From: Spirochaetia bacterium
GTDB lineage: Bacteria; Spirochaetota; Spirochaetia; CADAEX01
Assembly (NCBI GenBank): GCA_963662795.1
Contig: OY759746.1
Location: forward strand, 2,272,001-2,336,000
Direction: 5' to 3'
DNA length: 64,000 nucleotides
The translations under genes were made by a program, and so were the position numbers. Numbering within the stretch: the stretch's first letter is position 1; each line of letters starts with the position of its first letter. This document shows, piece after piece, positions 61,018-64,000 of this stretch. A model generated the notes under the pieces. That model was not told the origin of the DNA. It saw only the letters and a program-made list of their open reading frames with translations, and did no database searches.

Positions 61018-61842
61018 TTAAAAAGATTTGAACTTTGTTTTATACCCTTTTTCGATTGAGACAAGTTCCCCCTTGACCATTTCTTTTGAATTGCTGAGTG
61101 TCCACTCGTATTTGATAAGTCCTCCTGCGGCAGCTGCATCCACCCACCATGTATAGGTTAATGTTGATTTGTCTTCTTCGTTGTAATACTTCCACTCAAT
61201 GCGTTCGCAGTTAAAGGTTTTCCCGCTGACTTTTATTTTCTCTTTTCCCTTGCTGTAATTCTGAAGATCGCTGAAATCAAGGGTGCTTGCGGGGGCCTCT
61301 TCCGGCGGGGTTGTTTCCGCTTCAGGGTCAGCTTTTTCCTTTGAGTACTTGAATTCGGATTCCTGGATTCTCTTTACATCTTCGTTGTAATAGCGTATTT
61401 TCCGGGCAAGGAGGTCCTTGTCCATAAGAGCCTCAAATTCCCATTCTTCCCCTTCGCTTCTCCATGCGAGGTACCACCAGCTGCTGCCGTCGGGAAGGTT
61501 TTTAAGCAGGGCGCGCTCTGCCTCTACCGAGCTTACCGCCCCTTCGCTGTCAGTTGCGGAAAGGCGCCATACAGTCCCTTGCGTTTCTTCAAGCTCATAG
61601 TAGCCGGCCCCGAATCCCCCCATAAAGAATATCTGGGCATATAGCGTGTTGAACATCATTTTGCGGTTCATGCCGGTCACTCCTGTGGCAGATGCCGCTT
61701 CGGCGTCAAGCCGTGCTTTTGCCTTGTCCTTGATACCTGTAACAGGATTTTTTATATCTCCTAATTTGGGAAGGGAAAAACCCTCTTGTGGCAGCATCGC
61801 CCCTGTAAGTATTATGAAAAGCAATACAGTAATTTTTCTCAT
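61018..61842 (-). CDS. Exported hypothetical protein
   Basis: 274 aa, signal peptide, AGGAG RBS. Confidence 0.75.
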   Translation of the reverse strand: MRKITVLLFIILTGAMLPQEGFSLPKLGDIKNPVTGIKDKAKARLDAEAASATGVTGMNRKMMFNTLYAQIFFMGGFGAGYYELEETQGTVWRLSATDSEGAVSSVEAERALLKNLPDGSSWWYLAWRSEGEEWEFEALMDKDLLARKIRYYNEDVKRIQESEFKYSKEKADPEAETTPPEEAPASTLDFSDLQNYSKGKEKIKVSGKTFNCERIEWKYYNEEDKSTLTYTWWVDAAAAGGLIKYEWTLSNSKEMVKGELVSIEKGYKTKFKSF

Positions 61843-62051
61843 ATTTTCTCCTATTCTTTGAATTCCGCACGGTTTTCGGCCTGCTGAATATCATATATAT
61901 ATTATATCACCAGCGTGACAGGAAGTATCTGCAAATAATTTATATTTATCCTTTTCATTGACTTATCCAGTCCCTATTAGGTACTTTTAATCTATATATT
62001 AATAGAGCTATATAGACAGCCGGCTTACCAGCCGGCAGGGAAGGTTAAAAA

Positions 62052-62885
62052 ATGAAAAAATATATAAACAGAAAAACTGCCTTAGTTTCAGCAGTTTCAG
62101 TTATTGCGCTGCTGTTCGCAGTATCCTGCTCTTCAGGTAGCAACGGAAGTGATAATTCAGGCGGTAATAAGGAAAGATCGGCTCTGCAGGTGATTCTGGA
62201 AAGAGGCACTATAAGGGTCGGGACAACCGGGGACTTTAACCCCATGAGTTTCAAAGACTCTTCAACCGGCGAATACGCAGGATATGATATTGATCTTGTG
62301 AAGCAGCTTGCCTCTGATATGGGTGTTGAGGTTGAATGGGTAGCTACAGACTGGAAAAACCTTGTAACAGGTATTGCATCGGGAAAGTATGATATTACAA
62401 CCGGCGCTTCATATAATATGGGCAGGGCCAGGACCGCGGGCTACACTCTTCCTGTAGTTGATGTTGGAACAGTACCGCTTACTTTAAAGAAGAATGCCGG
62501 CCGTTTCAGCGGATGGGATTCCATTAACAAAAAGGGTGTAAAAGTCGCGGCAACCCTGGGGACAGTGTTCGAGGAGCAGGCAAGAAACCTTTTTCCCGAT
62601 GCTGAAATCAGGACAGTAGAGGCTCCTGCCAGGGATTACCAGGAACTGCTTGCGGGCAGGGCTGATATCTCTGTAACCAGCAATATTGAAGCCTCACAGC
62701 TCATTAAAACCTACAAGGAGCTTGCAATTGCAGATGTTGACGGGCCCAGGTACGGCAATGTTATAGGGCTTCTTGTTCCCCAGGATGATGAAGTCCTTAA
62801 AAATTACATTGATGTCTGGATAATGATGAAAGAGAAAAGCGGTTTTATCCAGTCTCTGAAAGATAAATGGCTCTCATTAAAATAG
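62052..62885 (+). CDS. Polar amino-acid ABC transporter substrate-binding lipoprotein (family 3)
   Basis: Lipobox AVS-C; RGTIRVGTTGDFNP, GYDIDL, GRAD. Confidence 0.9.
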   Translation: MKKYINRKTALVSAVSVIALLFAVSCSSGSNGSDNSGGNKERSALQVILERGTIRVGTTGDFNPMSFKDSSTGEYAGYDIDLVKQLASDMGVEVEWVATDWKNLVTGIASGKYDITTGASYNMGRARTAGYTLPVVDVGTVPLTLKKNAGRFSGWDSINKKGVKVAATLGTVFEEQARNLFPDAEIRTVEAPARDYQELLAGRADISVTSNIEASQLIKTYKELAIADVDGPRYGNVIGLLVPQDDEVLKNYIDVWIMMKEKSGFIQSLKDKWLSLK

Positions 62886-62889
62886 AGCT

Positions 62890-63693
62890 ATGGGAATATA
62901 TACGGGAGATGCAGCCGCGGACAAAAAAATGTCTTTTTCAAATAAACTGAAATTCTTTTTTGTAATTGCGGCTGTTTTTCTTCTTTCATCCTGCAGCAGG
63001 GAAAGCTATTCATGGGGCTGGTTCATACTTTCCCCTTTCACAGATTCAGGCCAGTCAAATATTGTTTTCCTTTTAAAGGGGATATTGCCTACAGTCGCGG
63101 TTTCGTTTGTATCGCTTGTAATTTCTGTCACGCTGGGTCTTATTGTCATGCTTGCCGGGCTGTCCGGCAGCAGGATCTTAAAGACTTTCAACAGGTTCTG
63201 GGTAGAGTCCTTCAGGTCTGTCCCTGTACTGGTTATGATACTCTGGACATACTACGGGCTTCCTGTCTCTCTCGGGATAAATCTTGATGTTTTCACTTCA
63301 GCTGTAATAGCTCTTTCTCTTTGCGACAGCGCTTTCGAAGCTGAAATATTCAGGGCAGGAATACAGTCAATACCCAAAAGCCAGTACGAAGCTGCAAGTC
63401 TAGACGGGATGAGTGAACTTCAGTCGCTGTATTATGTAATTATGCCGCAGGCTGTTAAAAATATTCTTCCCCCTCTTGTAAACCAGTTCGCGTTCATGCT
63501 CAAGATGTCTTCGATAGCATCTGTTATAGGACTTGCCGAGCTTACCAGGAAAGCGAATGAACTTACGGTGATAGAATACAGGCCTCTTGAGATATATACG
63601 CTTCTTGTCGCTGAATACCTTTTTCTTGTTCTTATTGTCTCATATTTTTCAAGAAAACTTGAAAAATCGCTTTCCGGCAATGCTCTTGACTGA
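62890..63693 (+). CDS. Polar amino-acid ABC transporter permease
   Basis: FRSVPVLV, AEIFRAGIQSIPKSQYEAA, PQAVKNILPP. Confidence 0.92.
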   Translation: MGIYTGDAAADKKMSFSNKLKFFFVIAAVFLLSSCSRESYSWGWFILSPFTDSGQSNIVFLLKGILPTVAVSFVSLVISVTLGLIVMLAGLSGSRILKTFNRFWVESFRSVPVLVMILWTYYGLPVSLGINLDVFTSAVIALSLCDSAFEAEIFRAGIQSIPKSQYEAASLDGMSELQSLYYVIMPQAVKNILPPLVNQFAFMLKMSSIASVIGLAELTRKANELTVIEYRPLEIYTLLVAEYLFLVLIVSYFSRKLEKSLSGNALD

Positions 63694-63753
63694 AATATTT
63701 TATACCGGCCCTTTTTCCTTGACCTGCCGTTCAGTATTCAATATCTTTAATAT

Positions 63754-64000
63754 ATGAAATACAGAAAACTTGGAAGTACAGATATTGAAGTAAGTGTTAT
63801 TGGAGTCGGAACATGGCAGTTCGGCGGCGAGTGGGGCAGGGATTTTTCGCAGAAGGATGTATCATCCATTCTTGCGGCTGCAGGGGATAACGGGATCAAC
63901 CTTATTGATACAGCGGAATGCTACGGAGACCACCTGTCTGAAAAACTGATTGGCGGTTATATAAAAAACTGCAGGGACAAGTGGATAGTGGCTACAAAAT
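63754..64000 (+). CDS. Aldo/keto reductase (truncated by window edge)
   Basis: MKYRKLGSTDIEVSVIGVGTWQFGG...GINLIDTAECYG...IVATK. Confidence 0.9.
   Translation, partial: MKYRKLGSTDIEVSVIGVGTWQFGGEWGRDFSQKDVSSILAAAGDNGINLIDTAECYGDHLSEKLIGGYIKNCRDKWIVATK

Overview
Chromosomal window of an anaerobic diderm bacterium, most likely a free-living spirochaete (inferred from gene content and lipoprotein signals, not proven). In order: (1) an AT-rich accessory stretch (1-6.1 kb) with c-di-GMP signalling genes and a decayed IS256-family element; (2) housekeeping genes (ackA, nrnA, argF, tig-clpP-clpX, five tRNAs, a RarA fusion); (3) two paralogous, convergent three-gene [FeFe]-hydrogenase operons (18.5-29.6 kb) whose NuoF/HydB subunits are fused to a GltD-like NADPH-type flavoprotein domain; (4) metabolic and envelope genes (tRNA-Cys, radical SAM, gpsA, M3 peptidase, typA, D,D-carboxypeptidase, an omptin protease); (5) a type I-C CRISPR-Cas locus (46.5-60.3 kb; 65 repeats and 64 spacers by manual count); (6) amino-acid ABC transporter genes. 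The CRISPR locus looks mosaic. It has a truncated cas3 remnant ahead of a complete cas3, an AAA/DUF4143-like ATPase with its own promoter at the head of cas4-cas1-cas2, and a decayed higBA toxin-antitoxin pair abutting the last repeat. Two 85-nt structured direct repeats with compensatory base changes bracket the adaptation module plus array. Family assignments come from motif recognition only; no database searches were run.
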